From Octopus vulgaris (taxonomy: Eukaryota): DNA of 64,000 bases. The notes beneath the pieces are model-generated. The model saw only the letters and a program-made list of their open reading frames with translations, was not told the origin of the DNA and searched no databases. Positions 13,994-27,970 of this stretch are shown here, piece by piece (position 1 is the first letter of the stretch; each line of letters starts with the position of its first letter). The position numbers were made by a program, and so were the translations under genes. The DNA lies in NCBI GenBank assembly GCA_951406725.2, contig OX597830.1, positions 71,734,001-71,798,000 of the forward strand, read 5' to 3'.

Positions 13994-14455
13994 CCGTAAA
14001 TCCTCGATTATAATCCGCATTTTTTTTTCCAAAATTTAACGGTCAAAATCCCTAGTGCGTACTATATACGAGGTTTAAAATGAAAAATATTTTCTAAGCA
14101 ATGTCTGAGTCTGTATTTGCTGTCCGGCAAATTTTATTCAGACGCATTTTGTGATGTCGGGCGTGAAAATACCTTAAGCTAAGCCTGAAATCAACGAAGT
14201 CATAAAAGAATCATCCATAACTTGCAGTAAGCAACATTTATTAAACGTTATTACTGTTATTTCTTTATTTTCTGCAAACAAATGCATAAAAAGGCTACAC
14301 ATTTGCATTATGTTATATATACAATAATAACAAAGGACGTTACAGTATACATTTTTACAAACCAAAGACGTTTTATAGAACTCCTTCACTCAAGTAAGAG
14401 AAAGGGTGCGTATTATACACAAGGTTTAGGTTTTTCAGAGGTACAACCCCCTAAA
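13994..14455. mobile_element. Tc2/pogo-like non-autonomous DNA element, right end missing
   Basis: Starts TA|CCGTAAATCCTCG; repeated subterminal GTGCGTA(C/T)TATA(T/C)AC motif near 14055 and 14405. Confidence 0.45.
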
Positions 14456-14649
14456 TGATTTTTAAAAAGAAGGAAATATTACTATACATGGTTACCCCCG
14501 ATAAGAACATTTAAGAACTTAGTAATAAAGAAACAAAAGAAAAATGAAGAAAAAGAAAGAAAATTATATGTGTACATTCTATGCATATTTCCCTTATTTT
14601 TAAGGTTCTGAGTAGAGACTGATAATTAATTAACATAAAAATTTAAAAA

Positions 14650-14729
14650 AATAAATGCGCCCTTTTTTAAAGCCTAGCCAGGCACATGGGTCCGGTTTCC
14701 CGGTTTCAATGGCGTATATGTTTCCCAGC
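14650..14729 (-). mobile_element. Isolated SINE tail type 2 abutting the minisatellite
   Basis: Matches 5370-5448. Confidence 0.7.
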
Positions 14730-16683
14730 CGTTGATTCAAGAAACAAGTGTTCCGATGTCGACGTTGATGGAAGAAGAGAGAGTTTATGTGACCACATTG
14801 ATGCAAGAAGCTAGAGTTTCGGTGCTGACGTTGATGAAAGAAGCGAGCTTTTAGGTGGCGACGTTGATGAGTTGAAGCAAGAAGGGGAGGTTTAGATGCT
14901 CACGTTGATGCAAGAAGTGAGTGTTTAGGTGCCGATGTTGACTGAAGAAGCGAGTTTTAGGTGCCAGCGTTGATGCAAGAACCGAGTCTTTAGATACAGA
15001 CTTTGATAAAAGAAGTTAGTGTATAGATGCCAACTTTGATGGAAGAAGTGAGTGTGTAGATGGGGACGTTGATGGCAGAAGCGAGTGTTTAGGTGCCGAC
15101 GTTCATGCAAAAAGCGTGTGTTTAGATGCCAACGTTCTTGCAAGAAGCGAATATTTAGGCACCGACGTTGATACAAGTAGCTAGTGCTTCAGTGTCGACG
15201 TTGAGGGAAGAAGTAAGTGTTTGTGTGCCCAGCTTGAGGAAGAAGGGAGTGTTTAGAAGCCGACGTAGATGCAAGAACCGAGTGCTAAGGTGCCGACGTT
15301 GATGCAAGAATCGATTTTTTAAGTGCAGAGGTTGATGGAAAAAGCGAGTGTTTAGGCGCAACGTGGATAAATTAACGCAGGAAGGAGTGTTTAGATGCCA
15401 AAGTTGATATAAGAAGTGAGAGTTTATGCGCCGACGTTGTGGCAAAGAACGAGTGTTTAGTTGCCGATGCTGATGCAAGAAGTGAGTGCTTAAGTGCCAA
15501 AGTTGATGCAAGAAGCGAGTGTTTAGTTGCCGACGTTTATACAAGAAGCGAGTGTTTAGAGGCCGATGTTGATGCATGAAAAGAGTGCTTAGGCAGCGAG
15601 ATTGATACAAGAAGCGAGTGTTTAGATGCTGACGTTGACGCAGTAACCGAGTCTTTATGTGTCGGCGTTAAAGCAAGAAGCGAGTTTTTAGATGCTGACA
15701 TTGATTAGAATCGAGTGTAGACATGTCGACGTTGATTGAAGGAGCATGTGTTTAAGTGTCGACGTTGATGCAAAAAGCGAGTGTTTAGATGCCGACGTTC
15801 ATGCAAGAAGAAAGTGTTTAGATGCAGACGTTGAAGCAAGAAGTGAGTGCTTAGATTTGCTGGCGTTGATGGAAGCAACAATTATTTAGATGCCGACGTT
15901 CATGCAAGAACCGTGTGGGTAAGTGCCGACGTAGACTGAAGAATCAAGTGTTTAGATGCCGACGTTGATGCAAGAAGCAAGTGTTTAGATGCCGACGTTG
16001 ATACAAGAAGCGAGTGTTTAGATGCCGACGTTGATACAAGAAGCGAGTGTTTAGTCGACGACGTTGATGGAAGAAGCGAATGTATACATGCTGACGTTGA
16101 TGGAAGAAGCAAGTGTTTAGGTGCCGACGTTTACTGAAGAAACGAGTGTTTATGTGACGACGCTGATGCAAGAAGCAAGTGTTTAGGTGCCAGCGCTAAT
16201 GCAAGCACCCAGTGTTTAGATACCGACTTTGATGGAAAATGTTTGTGTTTAGATGCCGATGTTGATGCCAGAGCGAATGTTTAGGTACTAACGTTGATGA
16301 TTAGATGCCGACGTAGGCTCCGACGTAGGCTCCGACGTAGGCTCCGACGTTAATGCAAGAAGTTAGTGTTTCATTGCCGACGTTGATGCAAGATGCGAGT
16401 GTTTAAATTCCGACGTAGATGAAAGAAGCGAGTGTTTAAGCACGGACGCTGATGGAAGTAGCAAGCGTCTAGAGATGCTGTAGTTGATGGAAGTAGCGAG
16501 TGTTTAGATGCTGACGTTGATGCAAGAAACCATTGCTTAAGTTCTGATATTGATGGAAGAAGCAAGGGTTTAGGTGCCGAGGTTGATGGAAGTAGCAAGT
16601 GATTATGTGCCAACATTGATGCAAGACCCGAAAGTTTAGATGCAGACATTGATCCAAGAAAAGAGTGTTTAGGTGCTGACGTT
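14730..16683. repeat. Diverged 33-bp minisatellite, roughly 59 units
   Basis: Consensus GATGCAAGAAGCGAGTGTTTAGATGCCGACGTT repeated head-to-tail with substitutions and occasional indels; nested (CCGACGTAGGCT)x3 at ~16308-16345. Confidence 0.95.
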
Positions 16684-16999
16684 AATTACTTGTAGAGATG
16701 CGATATGTTGTTATACAACCATAATATACTACAAATTATTTAAAACTAATTTTTATAAGTCAATACCGCGTTCTACAGTTTTAGCAGTGCTTTTACATCA
16801 CTTGCTTCGTATCCGAGACATCATATGTAAACAAAGAATGAGATCGAAGATGAAAAAACGGTAATGGTCCGTATATGCCAAATTTCCGAAGTTTTTGGTT
16901 CTTCACAAGAACCCATCTAACCCCTTAATCATCCACGAACTCATTGCTTAAATAGCCACTAAATACAGTGGTGTAACATTATTGGATATACCAAACTTA

Positions 17000-17199
17000 G
17001 ATTTCTATATTCAGATGAGGAATTATGTACATTATTCACATTATTTACATTATTTACATTTGGCGGATATTTGTATTCATCTTGCTTGTTTTTAACACAA
17101 CGTTTCGGCTGATATACCCTCCAACATTCATCAGGTGTCTTGGAGAAATTTCGAACCTGGGTTCTCATAATGTAAATAATGTAAACAATGTAAATAATG
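17000..17199 (-). mobile_element. Short PLE terminal-repeat insertion with hammerhead and inverted end
   Basis: Homologous to 32716-32870; 11-bp TSD TACCAAACTTA at 16989-16999 and 17200-17210; 17169-17202 is an inverted copy of 17027-17060. Confidence 0.8.
17094..17139 (-). ncRNA. Minimal type I hammerhead ribozyme motif
   Basis: GACAC-CTGATGA-AT-GTTG-GAGGGTATAT-CAGC-C-GAAAC-GTT-GTGTT; intact CUGAUGA/GAAA core, 5-bp stem I, palindromic AACGTT helix III. Confidence 0.75.
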
Positions 17200-18303
17200 T
17201 ACCAAACTTACATATTAAACGCATTCCTGGAATCGCTCATCATCTTCTTTTCATCTACGATGTCTTTGTTTAAATCTGACGTCACGGATACGAAATGTCG
17301 GAACTAAAATCAGAGCTGGCTATAATTTCTGTAGAAAATCTGTGGAGATGACATGAAAAATTATTACGTGTAGTTACAGGAATTGAACCAGCGTACATAT
17401 GATCGTACCGTAACACCAGGCTACGCACACCAAACGAGTCTTGGTTTTTATGAGGATTCAGCAATTCTATTTGGATTGGGGTCTTAATAACCATAGTCAG
17501 TAATCGTAATTATATTTGGAGTGTGGTCAGGAATTATGAACGAGATTTTCCGTGAATGTTCATAACAAATAAAAAAAAAAAGCATATTTTCTTTCTTTCT
17601 TATGTACTATGACTTTTGAAAACATTTCCGTCACGTGAATTTGCAGGCGAATTTAAGTATCCATAACAATTTTGAATATATTAGAAGAAACAATAAACAT
17701 AACGTTTATGTATATTTATATACTAAATTTCACCATAATGACAAGTTGTATTTAAAAGGCATATAAATGTAGTTAATATTCGCTAAATCTGTATTTTAAG
17801 CCTAACGTTAGACATTTCCATATAAATTTCTTCACTTTCACATTACTATTGATATCAGAAATAAGCATTATAGTTATAAGAAATGGTTATCGGAAGCCAG
17901 CAAATCGAATATTACCCAATATAAGATATATATTTATATCATATAGATATAAATAATGAATATGTCTGTAAAATAGTCAATTTCTTGTCATTTACTTATG
18001 AATAAGACCTGTATATATATATATATAGATACATATGCATGTGTACGTATGTTTCTGTTTGTGTGCGGTATATTTAATTGTGTATACAGAAATGTGTTTT
18101 TGCATATGGATGTGTGCCTATGCGTGTGTACGAAAGGTAAGTATTTGCCTACTATTGTCATACTAGCATGTAAATAATCTGATACATATAACACACACAC
18201 GCACACACACACACATATATAATATATATGAGTGTATGTATATGGGTATGCATTTATGTATATGTATATACATATATATATATATACATATATATATACG
18301 TAC

Positions 18304-18334
<31 letters not shown>

Positions 18335-18361
18335 ATTTTGGATTCATTCCCTAATATTTAT

Positions 18362-18945
<584 letters not shown>

Positions 18946-18946
18946 T

Positions 18947-19390
18947 TGTGTTAGTAATAAAGTAAACATACACTCATACATACATACATACATACATACA
19001 TACATACATACATACATACACACACACACAAACATACACACACACACATACACACACATACATACATACACACATACATACATACACACATACATACATA
19101 CATACATATACATACATACATACACACACACATACACACACACACAGTATTGAAGCTTGAGAACAATGTGTTAGTAATAAAGTAAACATACACTCATACA
19201 TACATACATACATACATACACACACACACATACACACACACATACACACACACATACATACATACACACACACATACATACATACACACATACATACATA
19301 CATACATACATACATACATACATAGATATACATACATACATACACACACACACACATACACACACACACAGTATTGAAGCTTGAGAACAA
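18947..19390. repeat. Tandem duplication of a ~220-bp unit containing CATA/CA microsatellite
   Basis: TGTGTTAGTAATAAAGTAAAC...CAGTATTGAAGCTTGAGAACAA occurs twice (18947-19166, 19167-19390). Confidence 0.9.
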
Positions 19391-19798
19391 TCAGATACAT
19401 TTGCAACACATCTGTTGAAAATATTATTGTTCACACACATACATATACATATATACATACAGACAGACAGACAGATAGACACACACACACACACACACAC
19501 ACATGATCCAGCATGGCCACAACCTCAAGGCTGAAACATATAAAAGAATAACAGAATATAAATGTGTGCATGTGTGTGAGAGAGAGAGTGTGTGTGTATA
19601 TGTATGTATGTATGTATGTATATATATATAATAATGCGGTCTTTTCAACAGCTTGAACTAAAAGTCAGAGGGGAATGGGATAAACTACTTATATTAACTT
19701 GCTATAAAAGCAGGTAGTAATTTTATCTTGTCCTTATTCATAGTGCAAGTTTTGAAGAGTGCATTTCGATTTTAACAGCTATTTTTTTCAAAGCTATA

Positions 19799-20221
19799 TT
19801 GGAAGTAACAAAGGAGCATATTTGGCATATTTTGCTTTATGAGTTCAATAAAGACAACAACGCAACGGAACGTACAAGAAATATTAATGCAGTATATGGG
19901 GATTGGACAATAAGCGTAAGGCAGTGTCAATGGTGGTTCCAGAAATTCCGAGCCATAAACTACAGCCTAGAAGACGAGCCTCATCCTGAAAGATCTGTAG
20001 AACTCGACAAGGACATCCTGAAAACCCTGGTGGAACAAAATCGCATCGTAACTGTTGAGGAACTAGCAGAGAAGCTTGGATTTGGTCATTCAACCATTCA
20101 TTGAGACCTGTGTGCTATCGGAAAAGTCAGCAAATTGGGTCAATGGGTTCCTCACGAACTTTCCGAGTCTAATTGCATGCAGAGAGTGAATGTATGCTTT
20201 TCTTTGCTGTCACATCTCACC
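19799..20221 (+). pseudogene. Mariner transposase N-terminal half, truncated
   Basis: HILLYEF...INAVYG...WFQKFR...SLEDEP HTH region; past an in-frame stop it reads GKVSKLGQWVPHELS (mariner WVPHEL motif at 20144). Confidence 0.9.
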
Positions 20222-20239
20222 ACTACTGCGCTATGTATA

Positions 20240-20865
20240 TCTATATATATAAAACTGTAGTTGTGTGAGTGTCTGTCCCCTTCGATTTAGATTCCTAACT
20301 ACTCCCACACTTTGCGGTGCAGTTTAACCAAATTCGGGTAGCTTATAGTCGTAATTCATATCGAGCCCGCCTGCGTATTAGCGCGCGTCTACGATGAGTC
20401 TACGATTTTAAAAATAATTTAACATCATTTTTTATTCCATTTTAATGCATAATTTTTCGTGTGTCGATGGCGGCGGAGTTGGCGTCCACGCTCACACCTG
20501 CACCTGTGGGGAAGGGAGAGTAAGGAAATCAACGTCGTAATGCGTTGTCAAGGAGACCAGCGTTCTTTTAGAACAACGACTTCATGGCTTGAAGACACCA
20601 AAACAGAAATGGCTAAGAAAGCGTCTACATGAGTCTACGATTTAAAAAAAAATTTACCATCGTTTTTTTTCCATTTTAATGCATTTTTTCGCTATTATAT
20701 AAGGGAAGTAACTCTCTAAAAATGTCTACGATGAGTCAACGATTTTTAAAAAAATTTACCATCATATTTTTTCCATTTTTTGCTATTTTTTGGCTATAAC
20801 TCTCTAAAAATGCTTATATAGTTATTTCCCTTACAAATCCGAGCAACGCCGGGCAATACTGCTAG
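20240..20865 (+). mobile_element. Non-autonomous Helitron
   Basis: A|TC 5' end, CCGAGCAACGCCGGG hairpin, CTAG|T 3' end, no TSD; internal ~110-bp repeats; homologous to 33045-33438. Confidence 0.85.
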
Positions 20866-21218
20866 TATATATATATATATATATATATATTAGAGATTTC
20901 TATCGGTTTGTTTCGAGACGCATAAATTATAGTGGTTATCGACAATTTTTTGTTTCGGCATATTTGGCATTAGAATTTTTCTTCTGCCCTTATCTTGTAA
21001 ATTATGTATAAATTTTTCCTTTAAAGGCATATTTTGATATGCTGGCCATTGATAAATATTTTTTCCCGAAAAAAAATTTATCCTACATTAATTATATATA
21101 TATATATATATATAAAAAGTTAATCCAAACAAAAAAGCACAAAAAAACACACAACAACGCGAGGACGTGGAACAAATATAGTATTATTGGACGCTCAGGA
21201 AAGAAGGAAAGACTGAGG

Positions 21219-21253
21219 GTTTAACGTTTCGAGCGGAACTCTTCGTCGGAAAC
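21219..21253 (-). ncRNA. Degenerate minimal hammerhead motif in a short repeat (~21110-21325)
   Basis: GTTT-CCGACGA-A-GAGT-TCC-GCTC-GAAAC-GTT-AAAC; U4 replaced by C. Confidence 0.55.
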
Positions 21254-21621
21254 ATAGGAGAAGGAAAGATCCACAGAAGGGAAGACAGAGGGAAAAAATC
21301 GCCAACGGTACACACGTGGTCACATATATATATATATATATATATTAAGGAATATATATATATATATATCGGCTACCTAGCAGGCCAGCCCTGCCAATAT
21401 ACACATATATTTGAATTTTCTCTGACTCCTCAGATTTTTTGAATGCTGGACTACTGGTTTTAAATTGATATTAAAATTAATATTAATTTATCTCCCTCAA
21501 TTTTTAAATATTTATATATATATATATATATATATATACATACATATATACATACATATATATGTATGTATATGTTCATATGTGTGTGTATATATATATA
21601 TGCACATATATGCATATGTGC

Positions 21622-21675
<54 letters not shown>

Positions 21676-23062
21676 GGGTTCTTGACAAATTGCGCTCGAT
21701 TGGTCTTACGCTCTTTTCTCCGCTTCCGGACGCGTTCTGCCCTTCTAACACTTCTCAGATGTTCACGGAGCTGACCTTGGTAAAAGACCTTCCAGTATTT
21801 TCCAGGTGTATATGTGTATACCACAACATATCTTTTTCCCCATCGTTACCCTCTCTCTCTCTCTGTCTCTGTCTCTGTATACACATATATGTATGTATAT
21901 GTATATGTGTGTATGTGTGTGTGTTTATCTTTTATCATTTATGTTGTACTCGGTGCAGTCGTTGGAATATGGCCATAGCAGGGCACAACCTTGAATCGAA
22001 CAAATCGACCCCAGCAATTTATATTTTAAGTGTGGTAATTCTAGAAGTTTCTTTTGACTTCATGTACCATCCTCAAATATCGTACCCCTGCAGCGAAATG
22101 ATGACAGCACAACGGATATCTTACCGATCGAGCTCTAGTTCTGGTGCTTGGACGGTATTTGATCAGTTTTCGTTGAGCAAAGCCACCTGAATGGCTTAGA
22201 TCGGGTCTATGGTAAAAGATTCTTGCCATGGATGCTTCGCAGTGGGACTGAGCCCGGAAACCTGTTGTTGGGAAGCAATCGGCTTACCACATACCCACGC
22301 CTGTTATTACGGATATATGTTGAAAAAGAAAGAATGGACACATGACGGAATGAATTTTTATGAGGCAGTTAATATACTTGAGAGTCTCTATGAATATTGT
22401 AATACAAAAATATTTATACATTATCATGCAAACTAAATCTCCATCATAACGTTGCCTTACTCATCTGCGGGTTAGATTATGTATGTATGTATGTATGTAT
22501 GTATGTATGTATGTATGTATGTATGTATGTATGTATGTATGTATGTATGTATGTATGTATGTATGCATGCGTGTGTGTGTGTATATACACAAATATACAT
22601 ATATATATATATATATATATATGTAGAGAGAGAGAGAAAGTGAGTGACAGAGTGTGTGTGAGATACATACAAATTCGAATATAGGCATATATACATACAT
22701 ACACACATACATAAATATATACATACATACACACACACATATATATAGCATCGGTTGGTGCTTTTGACTTACAACACACAATGTCTTGAAATACACAACG
22801 CCCCTTCAAAGTTGAGTAGGTTTGGCGCCAAGCATTACCCCGAAGTGCCACTTATTTACTTTTCATTATTTGCAAATAGATAGGTATATGGTCGAAAGTC
22901 AGAAATGAGTAAGAGACACCGAGGAAAAGGATGAGGGATGGAAATGGATTATGAATGAGAGACAAAATTATTGAATGACTATTTTATTATTTGAATCACT
23001 AAGATTTTGATAGAAGTGCTTGAATTTTCATCGTTCTTTAAGTAAGTATGTCGCCAATAACT

Positions 23063-23611
23063 ATATATTGTCTGGAAAGTCCGTGCCGATTTATAGGAGC
23101 TTACCTTTCGACTTATTTTAGAAGATGATTGAGTCCATGAAATAGGATTTGACAACACCTCCATTTAGAGCACAGTTTAAGCTATCTTTCATGGAAGAAG
23201 GTTATGTTCCTATAACCTGTGTTAATTCTGTAACTCTCTAAAATGGAAGATAAGAAAGTATATTTTCGGCATTTTATGCTTTGGGAACCAGACAAAAATT
23301 ACTGCAGCTCGGCTGTGATGTGTTACCCTATTCTCCATATTCACCAAGTATTCGGATTTTCCCTTATTCAGGTCTCTGCAGAACAGTCTTAATGGTAAAA
23401 ATTTCAATTCCTTGGATGACGTAAAATGATACCTTGATGAATTCTTTGTCATGAAACCACTACAATTCTGGGATGAGGGTATTTTCAAGTTAAAGGAAAG
23501 ATGGAGACACATTGTGCAACAAAATGGTTCCTATTTGTCATGGCAAGTATTTATTGGCCTTTTACTTTTACTTTCCTTTAAAAATCGGCACGAACTTTTC
23601 GGACAACCCTA
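23063..23611 (+). mobile_element. Internally deleted mariner element
   Basis: TIRs TTGTCTGGAAAGTCCGTGCCGATTT (23068-23092) / AAATCGGCACGAACTTTTCGGACAA (23582-23606); MEDKKVYFRHFMLWE fused to C-terminal LPYSPYSP..SDFPLFRSLQNSL...ERWRHIVQQNGSY. Confidence 0.85.
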
Positions 23612-25812
23612 TACATCATTAGTCTTATAATGTAAATATTAATAATAATATTATTATCCATGTAAAGAAAGCGAGTTGGTAGAATAGCTTGCACGCAATG
23701 CAAGATACTTTGCCACATTTCGTCCGTCTTTACGTTCTGTGTTCAAGTTCCGCTGAGGTTGACATTGCTTTTGAAGTCGATAACGTAAGAACCAGTTGAA
23801 CCTTGAGGTCGATTTAATCGACTTATCAACTCCCCCAAACCAGCAAGCCCTCTGCCAGATTTTGCAACTAATCATATTGTTATAAGGCGGTGAGCAGGTT
23901 CAATCATTAGAGCGCCAGAAAAAATGCATAGCGATATTTCGTCCATCTCGAGTCGATTTAATCGACTAGCCCCCTTCCCCAAATTTCATCCCTTCTCACA
24001 AAAGATGAACCAATCTCATTATTGAGATGAAATGAATAAATGTTTACCGGCATTATTCATGGGTTTTTATCAAAAACTAGTTTCAAATTTTTGAGGAATG
24101 CCATAAATTTCGGAGAGAAGAAGTCGATAAAACCGACCCCAGTGATCAACTGGTTGGTACTTTTCATATCGACACTAAAAGGATGGTAGGAAGAAAAAAA
24201 ACCTTCAACAACTTCGGCAGAATTTGAACACAGAAATTAATGATGGACGAAATGGCGCAAAGAATTTCGCCTGGCATGCTAACAATTGTGCCAGATTGTC
24301 GCCTAGCATTTAGTTAATATTGATAGGTGTTACACACTTCCTCTCTTGGCGGTACAACAGGAAGTAACAGCAATTGCTGCGATATTTTAAATGTAATAAA
24401 TAGTTTATATTAAGCAAACTCTTCGAAAGCAATTTAGAACTTGCTTAGGAAATGTATGTTTCTGTGCATGAGATATCTTTTATTCTTTTGTGGTAGAGAA
24501 ATGAACCTTCTTATACATGTATTCTTTTCTAACGTAGCCTTATTCACCAAAGTTAATTATTAGATGTAATCAATGTGAAGGTTATATATATATATTAAAA
24601 AAGGAAAATATGCACACTAACATAGTTTTAATATAATTTTTACTATATCGACCGGTTTCGCTATCGCTATTCATGATATCATGTTTTACTTATTTGAATA
24701 TATATTTTTTCTTAAGAAGAAATTTGGTCCATGTTGTGTGTGATGCAATTCCCGAGTGAATGACTTCACAAGTAGACAAATATATATATAATTGAATAAG
24801 TTGGAGTCAATAAGAAAGATTATAGAACATTTTTTTGTAATCATTACAACTGTTTCCCCGCAGCGTAGTTCTCCAGGTTCGCTGGTATTTGGTAATGTAA
24901 ATGTAGCCCTGCATTATGAGATCTAGTTGTGTTTTCTCAGGTGATATTGTTTCCGTAAACTCAAGTTCTCGGCTTCAAGTCAATCCTTTCTGTCTATCGT
25001 GGCTAGCGAGGTAGCAGTAAGCACCCGGTGTATCAAAAAGTGTATTGTGGTAGAAAGTTTGTTGATAAACTGCTTTCAATATGTCAAAGTGAGAGGGTGG
25101 CTATGCTATGGTTGGCGAGTATGGAGGTTCAAATTAAAGGGAGTGCCATCCTATTTCTTTGAGCTGTTAATTTATACTTCATGGTCTGCCCTTCAAGAAT
25201 TCACCGGTCATTCAGTTGATGAACTTTCAAGTATATATACATCGTTCTGTATAGATCTACATATATACACACCCATATATACACATACATGCTCTTACAA
25301 ACATACGTCTCTTCTTTTTAAACACTAAGGGATGATTTTAGAGTGTTTTGGTTGGTATTTTCAAAAGGTCAAGCAGACAAAACTCACTGAAATTACTGCT
25401 CTGAAATTTAGCAAGGTATACAGGTATGGTACACAGAATCTTTCTGAATTGTTGGAGGTTATAGAGGAATGTACACTTGGTATAAAAGGCCAGAAACACT
25501 GAGGGTATGAGGAAGTCCATTACATTAATTCCCAGTAGTTGATTAGTGTTTTATTTTAAAGACAAAGTTGACCAAGCAGAATTTGAACTCAGAACGTAAA
25601 ATTTCGAAAGAAATGCTACTAAGCATTTCGTTCGACTTGCTAACGAGTCTACTAGCTCGCTGCCTGTAAAATGTCGAGCCATGTAGAGGTCCTAGAAAAG
25701 GCTCCGAAATATCTCTCATATCCCTCATGCCAAGGAAAAGTAAGGACCTATCAGATTATTAATCTGAGATATGTTGTTCCTTAAAAAATGGCGGTGTAGT
25801 AATGATTTAAAT

Positions 25813-26066
25813 CAGTCGTTCCCAGCGAATTTTTTTCATCTATGGACCCCTTTGATTCCTATTTTACTCGGGTGGACCCTCATAACCATTCGATCTTTAA
25901 AAAAAAATCATGTTATATTTTTATTATTAAATATTATTAGGAATTGTATAAAAATTCAAATATTTTGTATATTGTAGAAGCATAACTGATTTATTGTACA
26001 TAATTTTTAACAACAAACCTTATGTTGACCACTAAGGGTCATATGGACCCCACCTGAGAACCATTG
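25813..26066. mobile_element. hAT/Charlie-type MITE, old
   Basis: Termini CAGTCGTTCCCAG / CTGAGAACCATTG; imperfect 8-bp TSD ATTTAAAT / GCTTAAAT. Confidence 0.5.
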
Positions 26067-27970
26067 GCTTAAATGCTTTAAAAAATATCTCTGGTCAATG
26101 AAAGCCTACTGGGCCTAGTGGTGGTGGTGGTAAACAACAACATCAATAACGAAAATTAAAATGACATCTAAAGAGCCCAGCCAACAAGGGAGCCTCAACA
26201 CGATTATTCTAGCTGGTAGAAATAGTAATAACATTTCCTTCAAATTCCACTTTTTTAATGACAAATAGCGGGGAAGCATAATGGACACTGCTTATACGGG
26301 GCATTAAGTGTTTAGGGGCAAAAAACAAAAAACAAAAACAAAACGAAAATGACTGAATGGTCAATGCCAAAACGCCATTAATCATAAACTTTTTCCATTA
26401 TGGATGACCTGATATCAAACAACATCAATAAGAATAGTAATTGTAGCAGTCTTTAAAGCGCCTTATTTCATTGTTTCTCCTACGATGATTTCAATTTTAA
26501 GAAAGTCAATTTTTAAGTGAGGGAAACAGAAATAAGAACTTTGATTAATTTTTTCCATGTGTCAAATCTGTGTTTTGAATTAGTTATGAAAAGGAAAAAA
26601 ATCTCATGACGTATAAAATTTACGACTTTTCTCCGCTGAAAGACTGTAGTAAAATGATAATATTGACTTAGTCTAATCCGTACAATATAAGTGGCTAATC
26701 TTCTCAGGCGTCTACTCAAGAGTTGAACATTCAAAGACACATAACATACATGAAACACTACTTAGAAATACCATAAAATTTAATAAGTTTTAATGTTTGT
26801 GCCATTCGGTTCCGTTGACATTTTGTCTTCTAGAAAATTATTAATATTATTGTAATTACTATCATCATCAACATCACCAACGACATCATCATCATTATCA
26901 TAATCGTCTTCGTCGTCGTCTTTATCATCACCATCGTCATCATCATCATAATCGTCGTCGCCGGTGTTGTTGGTTTGCTTTGGCGAGACGTTCTTTTACG
27001 AGCTCCAAAGATTCTGGATTATTGCTAATTTTTTTTACTGAATGTGAATGAAAGTTGTTTCGTTTCGGATTATTTCACAAGGGAACCCTATTTGGAAGGT
27101 CTACAAACGCTTTCCTCATTCAGTGGAAATGCTTTAATGTCTAAAATTTTTTCTTGTTTTACATATTTCTGTTTGTATCAGTTTGGCATATACGCAAAGA
27201 AATGCTAACGACAACAGCAACATATGTGACCACCCCTACGAAAGTAGAAACCAGCAGGACACGTTTGGCTAACAGAAAAATGAAAATGAAGAATATGAAA
27301 TACACAATTTAATAAACGAAAAATAAATTAGTAGATAAAAAAGACGATGATTATCATTGATCCTTCCTTTTATCTGTTACTTGTTTCAATCATTGGATTG
27401 GAGCCATCATCGGGGCCATCCTAAGGGCCATCCTGGGAGCTATCCTCCGGGCCATCCTCGGGGCTATACTGGGGGCCATCCTGGGGGTTATCCTGGGGCA
27501 CCGCCTCGAAGGGTTTAGTCGGAACAAAATCGACCAAGTATTTATTTTTACACCTGTAATTCAAAGGGCTAGTCTTGTTACATTTAGTCACATTGGGTAT
27601 ATCCGAAAAGTACGCGTGTCTGTGGAATGCTGAGCCAACTGCGCGTTAATTTTACAAACAGGTTGTTCCATTACTCAGATCAACAGAAACCCTCGTCGCC
27701 GTGCCAGATTTTTGTCTAGTATGTCTTGTTATTTTGACCAATGAAAATACATCGATGAAAGAATAGGGAGTCAACAATTACATTGACCTCTTAACTGTTG
27801 CCACTTTTATTTCATTGTAAGGGCAAAGGATGAACAATGTAGCGGTCATGGGAACAGATATGTTGTTAGGGTGGATTTAAAAGATAGCATTTAATTAAAA
27901 AATTCTACTTTGCCCTCATTTATGTTAGGCCAATCAAAAACGTAAAAAGTATCTGCGATAGTAAAATATT

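Noticed and set aside
14925-16657. C2H2 zinc-finger gene suggested by HQRRH repeats
   Set aside because: Period is 11 aa, not 28; no CxxC or TGEKP linker; frames are broken.
14730-16683. CRISPR array
   Set aside because: Contiguous diverged units with no unique spacers, no cas genes, and a eukaryotic context.
24800-25328. 109-aa ORF at 24999-25328 as a gene
   Set aside because: No motif recognised; context (TA flanks, hammerhead remnant at 24645) suggests decayed PLE sequence.
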